NCBI GenBank assembly: GCA_002633005.1
Contig: NMRA01000109.1
Location: 919,122 to 983,121 of the forward strand
DNA: 64,000 nucleotides
Direction of reading: 5' to 3'
Source: Phoronis australis
Lineage: Eukaryota; Animalia; Phoronida
The stretch's first letter is position 1. Every line of letters begins with the position of its first letter. The notes below the pieces were generated by a model. It was not told the origin of the DNA. It saw nothing but the letters and a program-made list of their open reading frames with translations, and made no database searches. Below, in pieces: positions 1-12,598 of the stretch. Position numbers and translations under genes: made by a program.

Positions 1-43
1 AACTGTTTAAAAGAGCTTCAAAGGCTTCGATTTGATCCGCCAT
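1..43 (-). CDS. Probable 5' end of an unidentified gene running off the left edge (MADQIEAFEALLNS...)
   Basis: The minus strand reads aaaagATGGCG (strong start context, YY1-like), the frame is open to the window edge, and a CCAAT/E2F/ETS motif cluster lies just upstream. Only 14 codons are visible. Confidence 0.45.
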   Translation of the reverse strand, partial: MADQIEAFEALLNS

Positions 44-59
44 CTTTTCTGTCGACCTG

Positions 60-460
60 TCTCGGCCAATGCCCTCTGACCTTTCCCGCGCTGACCGACA
101 CTTCCGGTACCAAAAGGTGACGCTTCCTTGTAAAACCAACATTAATTTACTGATTGTACTTCATTCGGACCAATTTTAACCCAACCAGTTATATTAGTTG
201 CTCCCAAACAAGTAATATAAGCTATTTTCACCTGATTCTATTGCGATTTTTATGCAAGCATTCTCGTAAAATACGTTTTTATTAAAAGCGAATTGTCTCC
301 CCTGAATTTGAGCACCAGCCGAAAATTTTGCTCTCCATCTTGGAAAGATTTATAAAATATCATTCCAAAATCTGTTTGGATTGTTTGTCATCGGGGTTAT
401 CGTATGTTATCTTAGTCTAGTTAAAACACAAAGAGACAGCTTATAGCTGTATTTGTTCAC
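60..460. promoter_or_regulatory. Candidate bidirectional promoter and non-coding first exon of the zinc-finger gene
   Basis: CCAAT at 66-70, E2F-type TTTCCCGC at 82-89, ETS-type ACTTCCGG at 100-107; consensus splice donor cac|GTAAGT at 460/461 on +. Confidence 0.45.
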
Positions 461-952
461 GTAAGTATCCGAGTGAAGTGTATTTTTTTAAAAGTTCGAA
501 CCTAAGTTTTCCGATAGATCTTTTGGGGAATCGACTCTAGATTTTTTAATTTGTTTAAATTGAGAGAGACAGACTTATGTTTTATGGTCATTATTCGCTT
601 ATTCATGATTTAAATTAAACGCAACGCTGGCGTTTTGAATATCAATTTGTTCCACAAATACATGTCGTATTGGGAGAACATTGTTTTACTTTGACAAAAG
701 GTGTCGCTTTTAAAATGCCTCAGCTTGCATGTTTTTGTTTTGAACCTTCCTTGGTAGAGTTCAGTAACGCTAGGACCTCGCAAAAAAGTAAGATTTCGCA
801 AGATTACGTGAGATATTGCTGTGTATATTAAATGAGAACACGTGAGCTTGGCTAGACTTTAGAGGCGTTACGGAACTCTACCCTGCTTGTCTTATGAATC
901 TCATGAAGTTTTGTTCAGGCAAAGCCAGCCAGCCAGCTTAGCCTGGATGCTA

Positions 953-1867
953 GGCAATGACCATCGCCTCTGTTGGCCCGAAGCAGAGGCGATGCAGAGG
1001 CTATAGGCGCTCTGTACGCCGGAAGCTTTTCGGCGAATTATGCCTCGCACCGACTAAATCATCAAAGTCATGTTGTTATAAATAGCTTTTGCGCATAGAG
1101 GAACACCTTAGGAGGTTGTCGATGTGTTTAAGTCCTTCCAACTCGAACAAATCTTTTTCTTCGATCAGTCCCTATTTCAGTTCCCAAAATTGTGAAATCA
1201 AAATTTTCATTTTTTTTAACCAGGCCGAAGGTCAGAAGTTGCGTTCCTACCGGCGAACGTTGAAAGCTGAAGTTCCCGCCCTTTGCGTACATGCTGTCGG
1301 GAACCAGCCGTGCATTTGCCGTGTTGTTAAACATTAAAATGTCAAATATGTGCACAAAGACTATTAAGTGTCATATCAACAGCATTTATTTTTATCAAAT
1401 ACAAACAATAATTCATTGAAATACAAACAGTTTCAAGTAACGCCAATATAAAGACAAGTATAAGTGGTGGCATTTTGGAAACGAACATTTGACTGACAAG
1501 ACCGCAATGGCTCACCTTTGGCCTATTTGAAAATTACTGAGGTTATAAAGTCACATCACCTAGCAAGCGCGGTAAAAATTGGAGCGTGCGCAGTACAAAA
1601 ATTTTGATTTCACGATTTTGGGAACTGAAATAGGGACTGATCGAAGAAAAAGTTTCATAACTGGAGTATTTGTTCGAGTTGGAAGGACTTAAACACATCG
1701 ACAACCTCCTAAGGTGTTCCTCTATGCGCAAAAGGTATTTATAACAACGTGACTTTGATGGTTTAGTCGGTGCGAGGCACAATTCGCCGAAAAGCTTCCG
1801 GAGTACAGAGCGCCTATAGCCTCTGCATCGCCTCTGCTTCGGGCCAACAGAGGCGATGGTCATTGCC
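953..1867. mobile_element. MITE with ~250-bp terminal inverted repeats and TA target duplication
   Basis: GGCAATGACCATCGCCTCTG... at 953 is the reverse complement of ...CAGAGGCGATGGTCATTGCC at 1867; arms approx. 953-1207 and 1597-1867; TA on both sides. Confidence 0.85.
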
Positions 1868-2175
1868 TACCTGCATGCATGAGAGCCATGAGAAGTCTAG
1901 GTAGCAATGTGTGTTGAGTCTTTCCCTCTAAACTGGTTGGTATTCACCTAATGGAGAAATACTAGCAGATCAGAACTCTTTTTCTACGGACATTTGGACC
2001 CTCTCAGTCATGTCTTAATTCTCTGTATCATTTATATAATTGGCCATAATGTCCCTTTCCAAATAGGCAATAGATTTCAGCAACTGTACCTTTTAGCATG
2101 GCATGTTCAAATATCTCAATGGGCCTTTTTATTCTGTATCAGCATTATTTTTGTTTTATCCAAAGGACAGAAAGA

Positions 2176-2669
2176 ATGGCTTCGCTACCCCAGGTTGCCA
2201 CCAGTGAACCAACTCCCTCTGTTGAACCACTTGCTGACCAACCGTCTCTTGCACTGGAAATGACAGCCTTAGGAAGCCAAGCTTACACAGCCGACAGTCA
2301 CATGCCTGGGGATTTACAGACCGACAATTCTGATATGGGCTCTAGTATCGCCACAGCTAATTTTCCAATGTCCCAAGTTGACGCAGATAGCGCCGTTACT
2401 CTTGGTGATTTGCAGTCTGATAACACTGACATATCCTCCCTCTCTGCCATGGATGCGCCTGATGTTCTTGCATGTGATAACCAAGCTAATGCTCAAGGTA
2501 CTTCTATCCCTGCTGACCAGGATTCTTCAGCTGTTATAGCTCCACCCAGTATTCCCACTTCGCCTATTACAATGACTGGCAAGGCCTATGCTAAACTACA
2601 GCGAATCATGGATGAGAAGAACTTAGACTTGGACAAAGCCATGGAGTACTTTTTCAGTCTTCACCAGAA
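2176..2669 (+). CDS. Zinc-finger gene coding exon 1 (acidic, Ser/Asp/Pro-rich N-terminus)
   Basis: Acceptor ttttatccaaAG at 2165, ATG at 2176 (MASLPQVATS...), donor AA|GTAAGA. Confidence 0.7.
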
Positions 2670-5600
2670 GTAAGACTTATTTGTTAGTAATATACACGCA
2701 GCACTTCACCATTCAATAGAAGTAAGACTTGTTAGTAATACACATGTAGTACTTCAGTCTTTATCAGAAGCAAGACTTGTTAGCAATATAAAGACAGTCA
2801 TGTGTGTATACACATGCACTCACAGAATGTTTTCTATTGAGTATGTTGTGCTGATGTGCTTTGACTGGTAGTGAACTGTTTGGCCACATTACTTACTATG
2901 CAGTACTACTGGGGCAGTGAGCTCATGTCGGGCATCAAATAATGTCTTTGATTTAATGAAGAAATAAAATTCTTATAAAGCGCAACCTGAGTTGTGATCA
3001 TCTCTTTGTGATGGGATGAACACAATTCTATGTAAATGAACAAATATTGCATTTAGTAGTTTTGTGATAAAAAATATGTGCTGTTAATACCATGTTACAT
3101 TTTTATGTCTTCTCACCAAATTCTTGTTCATTCTCAATAGCTTTTGATTTGTATACATACATATGTATGTACATGTATACATACTGCTTCAGAGTTTCTA
3201 TGGTGACAAAACCCAAAGGCCAGCGAGGTCGTCCTAGGAAAGGTTCCAGGCCCAGTGACCCTACTGTGAAAGCAAAAGTCACTGGTCCCAGAATTAGCAA
3301 TGCAGATGGTGAGTAAAATTTTAATGCTGGGATTTTCAGCTTATACTGTGGTTTGGTCTTGTAATTTGTGTGTTGAGAAACTTCATAAAGGGTTTGAGAA
3401 AACTATGTTTAATTGAAAATAACCAAGATATTCAGGCTTCGAAATTAGTGTCTAGCAATATGGTAACATTGTTGCTTTCTGGCTCACAAAAATCCGTAGC
3501 CATTAGAATTATCAGTTATCAGGACCTGTAAGTGTAATGTTCAGATCTCTCTTGTTAATATGTTTGTAATGAAGATTCATTATTTTTCTTTTTTTACTTA
3601 GTATAGCAATGCATGCTTATGCCGAACATTTTCAAAGCTACGGGTAGGCACATATGTGATCGTGGTCATTAACCTGAATGTTTGCAGTACTAAGAAACTG
3701 AAAGACTGCAATAGTAAGAAATGTTATGTGATGTGGCAAACTCCAACATGGTGGTACTGTATGGATATCATCACCACCTACCTTATTTGGTCATCTGATA
3801 TATTTTGTTGCTAATTGCCCCACTTCAGTTGAAACAATATTCTTTACAATCTAGTCTAAAAAATCTATGACTTGATCAACTGACAACTGGGGGAGTGAAA
3901 AATTGGACGGGGAAGGGTGAACGAAAATAAAATAAAAGGCTAATCACAATTTCGTGTGTACCCATTTAGTTACAATAGCTGGCTATGGGCATGAAACATC
4001 GTGGGTCCTAGAGACCACGATCCGGGGAAACATATCGGAACAGGAGAATATCGCCGGTTTCTTGGGAGGATCGGTCCAGGGAATGTCGTAAAGCACTGGG
4101 TCTTAACCGCTGGGACTCGAAGATCCTTGTCAAATAATTGAACCAAACTGGTTCACTCTTTTATGTAGGGCTGTCGCTGTTCTCTTTTCATGTGCGGCTT
4201 TGGAGTGGTGCACACTTGAATCGGTATTACAGTACCAGGTACATGTGATTGACAGATGACTCATGTATATGCATGACCTGAGCCGCAGTCCAATGATGTT
4301 GTTATATTGTAATTGGATAATCAGTAGATCAATATGTTTTTCAACCACAAAGTTTGCAAAGTTGATCGTTTAAGAATTAGCATTAACATCGCTGTATACT
4401 TAGCTTACGAAACACGTCAAAGATCAATTCTGCATGTTCTTGCGACATGTTTACTAATCATCAAGGGGGCTGTTATGTGTTCTTTTGAACTTGATTTGGC
4501 AACAACCAAATAGCGGTCACCGGATTAAGTCAAATCGCTTTATGTTTGCCAGATATCTGTCGAGAAGTGTAAAAAATTGCATATGTTGGAACTTCCTGGT
4601 TGCATGTTGGAACTTATGTAAGCTGGCCAAAATTTCAGTTCGCATTTCCAAACTTCAGGTCGCAAATGCGACCTGCAGCTCATTATGTCAAGTGCTGTAA
4701 TTGCTGTGGATTTTACTTTCAAAAACACAATAGTCACATATTACGTGAAATTGTATCTTTATTTTTAATTTCTACCCACAGCATATTTTTAAGGCAATCC
4801 ATTTGTATGTGTCATATAGGGGGATTATTTAGGTCAACTTCAACTGATAATGATGTGGCAAATCTTTTTTTAACCTTTCAGACTTTTGATTTATGACGGT
4901 TTTAACAGGCTTGAACATTAAAAGTGTTTGGGTTGAGTTGCATGAAAATTTCCATAATTATATTATGGCCTGTGACTGAGGGAAGCATGTTTCAAATTTT
5001 TGATTTTTCTTCAACTGTATAGAACAAAGAATTGAGATATTGATTTAGAAGTCACTTCGATGACTGATGTCTTTTGTGTTTGGGATAAAATGTCCTGCAT
5101 ATTGGCAGTAAGAATATATATTGTTGCCTGTAATTTAGGTTTTTTAAGAAGTTCATGTTCCATGCAAAAATTACGTTTTTCACAGAAGATTGTGATCTTG
5201 GGATTGTAAACAATTTTACAATCTTTAAAGCATAAATCTTTACGTATTGAGGATTCAAAAATATGACTTTGCATAGAGCTGCCTATTGAAAATGGACAGT
5301 TAAACATATGTTTGGCTAACTGTGAAAGGAATTCACGAAGGTTGACAATGTTTTAAATTCAATTGTAGGTGGCACTGAGTTTACAACAAAAAGGATAGAA
5401 GAGGATGAAAAGCAGACTACAGAATTAGGCTCTGATATGTCGAGTGGTCGTCGCAAGAGTCGACGGACAATACGCAAACCTCACACGGACCAGTATGCGT
5501 ACTTTGACAACTTGAAAAAGGAGGACATTGATAGTGATTTGGATGTGGAAGCATTGGATGCTGAGGGAAATGAGGACGGCGAAGATGTGAGTGAGCAGGA

Positions 5601-8600
5601 CGATCCCACGGTCAATGTACATGACATTAGTGAGCCAAAGCGTACTCGGGCAAAACGCCGCAAGATTGTCAAGGAGGAATTCCTCACAGCAGAGGAGCAG
5701 CGCACTTTGGTATGTTCAGTCTGCCAGAAACAGTGCGAAAGCAAAACGACGCTGTATCGACACAAGTGGAACTTCCATGACGTTAAGCCACGGCCGTATG
5801 TCTGCCAGATTTGCGGCTACGGCGCATTGTACAACTGTGATTACCAGCGCCACATGCGAATTCACTCACGCGAGACTGAGCAGAAATGCCCAGTTTGTGA
5901 CTTTACGACAATCTGGAAGAAGAACCTGGATGTTCACATGCAGCTGCACGACCCGGAACGCGAGCCGTGGAAATGTGACATTTGCGGTGAGCAGGTCTAC
6001 AGCCAGCAGAAGATAAAGCAACATCGGCTCACACACGACGCAAACGCAGTCAAATGTGACTTGTGTGACAGTGTTTTCGAGAATCAGCGGTTCCTGGACA
6101 TGCACCGGCAGACGCATGTCAAGGAGAAACCATACAAATGTGAGCACTGTCGCTTCTCGACGGGGTTCAAGATGAACCTGCGAAATCACTTGTTCAAGCG
6201 TCATGGCATCGGTTCACTGTATGCGCCCAAGAAGAAGGCATACAAGTGTGATCAGTGCTCCAAGGTATGTGTCATAGCAGATCTTTTACACCTGCTAAGG
6301 TTTTTCTTGCATTGAAAGCTTTAAGGTTACATAGAACCCTAGAACAAGTCTAAAATTGGCTGGATTCGGACCATCATGGGTGATCGGCGTGATGTGAAAA
6401 TTTCTGATTATTTGTTCTCGAAAATTTAATTTCAAATTGTTTTAAAAATATTCCATGAACAGGTTGATATCTTGTGATAGTAATGCAGTAGTTCTCCAGG
6501 TTATCATTTTGTCACATGCTGCCAATGAGCACATTGATGTAACATTCTGCATCAGAGAAAATTTTTTGCAACTGTGATTTTCGCTCAGGATGTATTTGTT
6601 TCGCTTGTCAAAATAGAATCTGAACTTCCTAGTAAAATACTGACTACAAAACACTTATGTTTACTATTACTATTACAAAAAGGTGTTCATCAATGAAGAA
6701 CGCCGGATGGTACACCGTCAGCTACATGATGCGGGCGTGTCTACAACAGATCCACGACCTGATGACTTTGTGTTCTGCTGTCCATATGGCTGTGACTACC
6801 GGTCCAAGGACATTGATCACGTGGTCAAGCATATGGTCATTCACTCGGAGAACAAAACATACCAGTGTGAGCAGTGTGACTACGCCACCAAGTGGAAGAA
6901 GGATCTGGCGAATCACGTGCTGCGACACACGGGGCAGAAGAACGAGAGGTGCGATATTTGCGGCTATACGTGTTATACAAAGTGTCGGCTAAAAGTGCAC
7001 ATGAACAAACATAACGATAAGAAGGAGCACATGTGTGAATGGTGCGGTCAGTACTTCAAGCATAAGAACCTACTCAAGATACACACCCTCTATCACACCG
7101 GCGAGCCCAAGTTCAAGTAAGTGTTGTTAGCTTACTGCAGCTAGATTACTCCTTGATTACTACTGCTTCCACTGGCAGTTCTGGGGTATCGTCAGGCGGG
7201 GTGACTATGATGTCCAAAAATGGGCATCCATGATACACGTAAATGCAGTGTGCCAACTTTTTGTAGTGTGAGGTTCCATCTGATCCTCCATAGCCCTGTG
7301 TATGGCTTCTCTGGATGTGAACAGGTGTCTTCACTTGAGAGTACTGTTTTATTGTGATGTCTATCTGTGATGTGTTCTCATTGTCACCACATGTCTGTTT
7401 ATTTCTGTATTACAAATCCACAGTAACTTTCATTTGAGTGGTTCTAATGTTGATTGAGCATATCTGTGTTGAAGCCTGGCCAGTTATGAACAATGTCAGG
7501 CGTTATTCCTCAGCTCAGTGTTGAAATGTTGCTCTTTTATCTTTGTGTTATGGTTTTCTTTTTTAACTCCCTGTTTCAGGGATTTTCCTGACCAGTTTTG
7601 AACCTGTGACCTTTGGGCGCACCTGATGTTAAAAAGTGTGCCTTTTTTCAAAAAGTTTTGCCCAGGAGACTTAGTGCAATCAAAGTGGTAACATGTGAAA
7701 CAGAAATCTCAAGGGCAATCGAAATGAGAACAGCGGTGTTTTAACCAAGTGGCTGTAAGATGACTAGAATCTTACGTTTTTGGAGGAGCGTTGTGTTTTA
7801 AGAGACGCGCCCTAGGGGGGAGGTGTACTGGTGCAACATACTTGCGCCTTTTTATGTTGTGTGCGCTAATGGGGTAAAGGCACAGTCCAGGAATATCCCT
7901 GCTGTTTTGTCACTCCTGTCCCTTGTGGTGAGGGTGACTTTGCCACCATTTTATCCTGCCATGTCTCTGCAAGTGTTAAAAGAGGCTAAAAACATTCTTC
8001 TGACAATGTAAAAATGAGCTAATTGGTTAACATTGTTGCTAAGGATCAAATTTGTTATATAATTTTTAATTAGGAATTGTAGAGATCTATATGTTTTTAA
8101 AATTTATCCTTAATGATTGCAGAATGTTCTTACGTTGTGTGCTCAAGAATAATGCCAAGATGTTCAAAAGTATGTTTATTTTTTCTAAAAAAACATGTTT
8201 ACAGAGATTGCAATAGTTTTTACAAACTTTTCACATGCAAGAATTAGGTTTTTAAGACGAAATGCAGCAATCATGTGATAAAGAAGATATGGGCATTGGT
8301 TTCGTGCCCATAAGATTCTGTGATTATCAAGGCATTTGAAAACAAATAGTTTCATTACTCTACGTTTAATACCTGAGAACTTATGAAGTTTGATCATTTA
8401 TAACGACAGGTAACCTACTTGACAAAATACTTGAAGACATAGTCATAAAAATAAAGAAAACCTAATGTTACAAGTTACAGCTCTGTATCACTGACACAAT
8501 GAGCATTGAAATATTTCAGCTTTCTGTAATTTTTCACTAATTTCGCACAAAAATAATTTCAAAATGGTCGCTTAACTATTTGTCGAATGATGATCACCTA

Positions 8601-11600
8601 ACTGCAAATAATACCAGAAATTTTACCAAATGACATCTGCACAGTAAAAATGAAGGTAGCAATAGAAAAATTTCTTGACTTTGTTTTTGTTGAGAAATTT
8701 TACAAAACGAATTTTCACTTGTAGAGTTGTAGGCTATATTGCATTCTAGATAGGGTAAAAATACCTTACTTGTATATCAGCATACATTTTCAGGTATCTC
8801 CTGAGGCGGTCTTGGCATTTTTCATGTATGTTAGCTTTTCCTTTCTGAGTAGTTGTGTCATACCTGCATACATCAGTGAACATCTCATGCTCATCTCTCC
8901 CACTAGATGTGACTTGTGTGACTTTGCCACTATAACTGAGTCTCGACTGAAGAAACACCGATTGTCTCACTCAGAAGATCGCCTCTATCGCTGCGACATC
9001 TGTGAGAAGACCTTTAAACAGGCTCACCATCTGAACCAACACCGAGATGCCGTTCACCTGGGAAAACCCAACTATCGGCAAAGAAAAATGATTGCGTACA
9101 CGACGACAACGGAGCTCGGTGAACAAAGGATTGTGTTGCAGACGGGTTAGTGTTCAGTACTCCCTCTGTTGTTCATTTCTTGAAACTTTACTTCAGTTTA
9201 GTTTATCCTATAATGTCAACACCATTATTTAATTATTCGAGTGTGATTCATTAATAAAACTCGGAATTTTCGTTTTTGAAATGGAAAACTTAACTGATTA
9301 GTGGTGAATAGCTAGAGTATCAGAGTTAAAAGCTGTGGTGTAAATCCTTAGCAATATATGTCTCTGTGTTAACCCTTAGTATTCTGGTAAATAAACATCT
9401 TGAGTTTATGTAGAGCCTGGGTATAAATGCTATCCTTGTTTTTGTTGAGATATTCATGGTGAAGACGCCATCTGTCCATTGAGTATGTCCTGGAATTAAC
9501 TCCTTTCTTCAAAGGACATCAAATGATATCAGTTTACACAAGTACCCTACTTGTGAACATTCAGGCTCATGGGTCTTTGTATGTGAAACTGCACAAGTCA
9601 TTTAGGCTCGTGTCACAAAGAGCGAGAGATTAGATAAAAGTAGGGAGCGAGTTTTTGAAATAATATGTGGGAGAAGCTTCATTTAGCCATCACAAAATGG
9701 CAGATATTTTATAAGGAACTCTTTCCTACACCAATGAGTAGTTCTTTATTTCTCTATACACGTATCTTATAAGTGAGCATTCAGGTTCAGGCACCCTCTG
9801 TATGTGAACTGGCGGCAAGTTCTGTAAAGGAGACAAAAATAATGTGCAGAAACGCTTAGTTTCACAAGTGCTGCTCTTACACAAGGAAAACTCGCCTGCC
9901 CCAGTATGTGAAGAATGGATCTTGTGTCTACGCGTGAAACACTTGAGCAAAAAAATTGAATGAAGTTCATTATTGAGGATTAATCTAAATTGTTGCATTC
10001 AGGGTTCATGTAAAAGTATCCTGTTATTTGTGTTATCGTAGTCATCGTTGTATACACATTTGCAGATACCGATGGTTCAGGGGAGACTGAGCTGACAGCT
10101 GAAGATTTGAGCGATTGTTTAAAGGATCATCAGGTAGGTGGTGCTCATTGAAAGACTTACAGTGGACAGTACTACATTGTCACCACTTATGTACGTAATG
10201 GAATGGCATACCAGTAAATGTGATGCCCAGGAACAATACAACAGGTCATCCATAGTTACCAAATACAACAGATCCTCCATAGTTACCAATTGTAAGTTGG
10301 TTAGTGCCATGAAGAACATGATTTTATGGAAAAAAGATCAAATTCACAAAGAATTCAAAGGTACAATATGCCTTCTTCCATTCATCATTTACAGTTATGA
10401 AATTGGTCTTAAATTGTTCACTAGTCTAATTGAAGATGACTTCAGGGGTTTGAAAGAACTGACATATGATTATTGCTTGAGATAGGGCTCTACAAGCTGG
10501 CTTGTGACAGTCAATCATTTTACTGACATGAGCGTGGTCTCAAGGAATAACGAACTGTCACTTCCCTATTGACCCAGAAATCACTTCTCGTCTGAACAAC
10601 TTGAGATCAATTTTACCGTCCTAAGTGGTAAAAAAGTAGTTGGCTTCTTGGACAGAATGGGGGTTTGTAAATGCTTAAACAATGAATGTTTTACCCACAT
10701 AGGTTGTGGAGGTGCCTCAAGAGGCCAATGATAACTGCCAGTATGTGATGGTGCAGACGCCTAATGGCTATCGGTTTGTGTCTGTGGCCCTACCCCCCAA
10801 GGATGAAACAGCTGCGCAGGACGGAGTGAGGTGTGTTGCTATGGTAACATGTGTCAGCTGTGTGACTACCGTTTGTTTCAAGTTTCTACGGACCTGTTTT
10901 CTTTTAGCCTTACCATTAAAAAACTGTTATGGTATTCTTCCTCACTCACATTAGGTGTGATTTCAAAGGTTGGGAAGCACTAGCAGATGAACATTGGTGG
11001 AAACACAGTTCAATGGCTGCTTTACAAAACTATGCTAGTTGGGTCAACCAGTACAGACACCTGATAGGTTCACGATGACAATTCCAGCTTACAAGCCAAT
11101 CAACTGCATTTGTTGTGTGACTTTTGTACATGTACAGCAAATATTTTCACATACCTAGAACACAGAAGATTCAGGTTAAATCAGTCGCACTATTTTGCAA
11201 ATTACAATCTTTTTTTGTTTTTAACAACAATATTTTATAAATTGTATAGTTAATTTGTGTGTCACTCGCTTTGATGCAATATTTGAAAAGTTGATGTCAT
11301 TAAAAGAACTTTGTTTGGGCCTAAAGTTTTATTATTTTTTTACTCAGTTGGCTTGCGTAAATATTTGTTTTTAAGGAGTCTTTAAACTTGTACCTTCTGT
11401 GAATTGCTTACTTTTGATTTAGGCTATTTACTGCTCTAAAGTCGATCTCATCTTCTCGCGTACTCAAGTTAAAAATGATTCATAGACTTGATAAGAACTG
11501 ACGTGTTGTCGTTGCTTCAGACCTGGTTCATTATGTTGCAGGTCATGGCAGGTTAGCTTCAGTCTCTGATGCAGTATGACTGTTAACAAAGTTCCAGGCA

Positions 11601-12598
11601 ATGATTGTTTTTGTTGTAACGAATTTCAATCTAACAAAATGTAAGATTGCTTTAAAAGAGCAAACAGGTCCATAAGGAAAGTTGATGTTTTTACATCAGA
11701 ACATGGTTTATGCGGGCATTATTGTTCTAAATTGGAACAGCTTGTGTATTTTTGTGTTTTTCGTACCATTTTCTGTAAAATTGTGTAAAAAGTAAAGGTG
11801 TGGTAGCCATTTTTGACTACAACCATTGCACAGTTGTTTGAAACGGTCTCAAACAGGGACAATGTTTCTTAACTTTTCACTACATTTGTGGACTTGTGCA
11901 AACCCTGATTGAACTTTCTAATGCTGTTTTGACTTCATTACTGTGCCAGTAGTAGCTTTAACACACACCGAGAGTAAAGCCTACGTCGAATTTCAGTATT
12001 ATTGAAAATAAATAGGGACCTTTTCATGCAAAGACCCCAATTTAAGTTCCGATTTATTTTCATTGAAATGGACTGAGTTTTTGGCTTTATCATTAGAAAA
12101 TGGCATTAGTCAAAAAGGAGCTCATAAAAAGATAAAATGACAACAAAACATAACATTTGGGAGTAAACTAAGACGCACATCCATTGAAGATTTAGGGAAC
12201 TTAGTTGGGTCCCTCCTTAGGACTGTTTCTTGCACTTACACAAAAGGAATTTAAAAATTCTGATGACTAAACAAATTGATGCATCATTTGGGAATAAAGT
12301 TTGAGACGGTTTGTGTGAACCTTCGTTTTCAATTAAAATGGAGCAAAAAAGATTGTCTAGTGCGATGTACAACAGTGTATGTCTTATTTATATTTCATTT
12401 ATTTGCAGCGAAACTGTTATTGAAGAGCCTGCTCAGGCCCTACAGCAGCTGTCTCAAGGTGGCGCCACTATGGAAGAAGCACAGATTCTTCTGCCGCAGA
12501 TAGACGATGAACAACACTATGTCTATGTGACAATTCCTGAGGGCGAGTCAATCGAGAACATTGCTGCTGTAGAAACTTTAGTTGCACTGCAGCCTTGA
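2176..12598 (+). CDS. AT-hook + 13x C2H2 zinc-finger protein; join(2176-2669,3193-3308,5369-6264,6683-7116,8907-9145,10066-10133,10703-10830,12409-12598), 854 aa
   Basis: All introns are GT-AG with matching phases (2,1,0,2,1,0,2). The spliced length of 2565 nt is one open frame. Finger 7 (CDQCSK|VFINEERRMVHRQLH) and a TGEPKFK|C linker are completed across junctions. Confidence 0.85.
2645..2790 (+). repeat. Three diverged ~50-bp tandem copies spanning the coding-exon-1 splice donor
   Basis: AGAAGTAAGACTT..GTTAGTAATA recurs at about 2666, 2717 and 2766 (third copy AGAAGCAAGACTTGTTAGCAATA). Confidence 0.75.
3193..3308 (+). CDS. Zinc-finger gene coding exon 2 (AT-hook, QRGRPRKG)
   Basis: Acceptor cttcAG, donor G|GTGAGT; phases fit both neighbours; canonical RGRP core. 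Confidence 0.8.
3900..4230 (+). repeat. Unclassified interspersed repeat, homologous to ~61000-61310
   Basis: Shared collinear blocks CACAATTTCG, CAATAGCTGGCTAYGGGCAT, GGGAAACAT..ATCGGAACAGGA, TAGG.CTGTCGCTGTTCT, CACTTGAATCG. Confidence 0.7.
5369..6264 (+). CDS. Zinc-finger gene coding exon 3 (acidic/basic region, fingers 1-6, start of finger 7)
   Basis: Acceptor ttgtAG, donor AAG|GTATGT; repeated C-x2-C-x12-H-x3/4-H. Confidence 0.92.
6683..7116 (+). CDS. Zinc-finger gene coding exon 4 (fingers 7-11)
   Basis: C2H2 repeats with HTGQK/HTGEP linkers; donor AA|GTAAGT. Confidence 0.92.
8907..9145 (+). CDS. Zinc-finger gene coding exon 5 (fingers 12-13)
   Basis: Acceptor ctctcccactAG; CDLCDFATITESRLKKHRLSH and CDICEKTFKQAHHLNQHRDAVH; donor G|GTTAGT. 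Confidence 0.9.
10066..10133 (+). CDS. Zinc-finger gene coding exon 6 (acidic)
   Basis: Acceptor tttgcAG, DTDGSGETELTAEDLSDCLKDHQ, donor CAG|GTAGGT; phases fit. Confidence 0.75.
10703..10830 (+). CDS. Zinc-finger gene coding exon 7
   Basis: Acceptor cccacatAG, VVEVPQEANDNCQYVMVQTPNGYRFV..., donor AG|GTGTGT; phases fit. Confidence 0.72.
12409..12598 (+). CDS. Zinc-finger gene terminal coding exon (acidic tail)
   Basis: Acceptor tttgcAG, ETVIEEPAQALQQLSQ...AAVETLVALQP-stop; candidate AATAAA at 13920. Confidence 0.78.

Noticed and set aside
1089-1863. Paired similar ORFs 1089-1337 and 1543-1863
   Set aside because: The similarity only reflects the two arms of the MITE.
2098-2175. N-terminal extension of ORF 2098-2673
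   Set aside because: Mostly polypyrimidine tract upstream of the acceptor at 2165; ATG 2176 is the better start.
5425-6992. Alternative-frame and antisense ORFs over the zinc-finger exons
   Set aside because: Shadow ORFs of a coding region, with no motifs or splice support.
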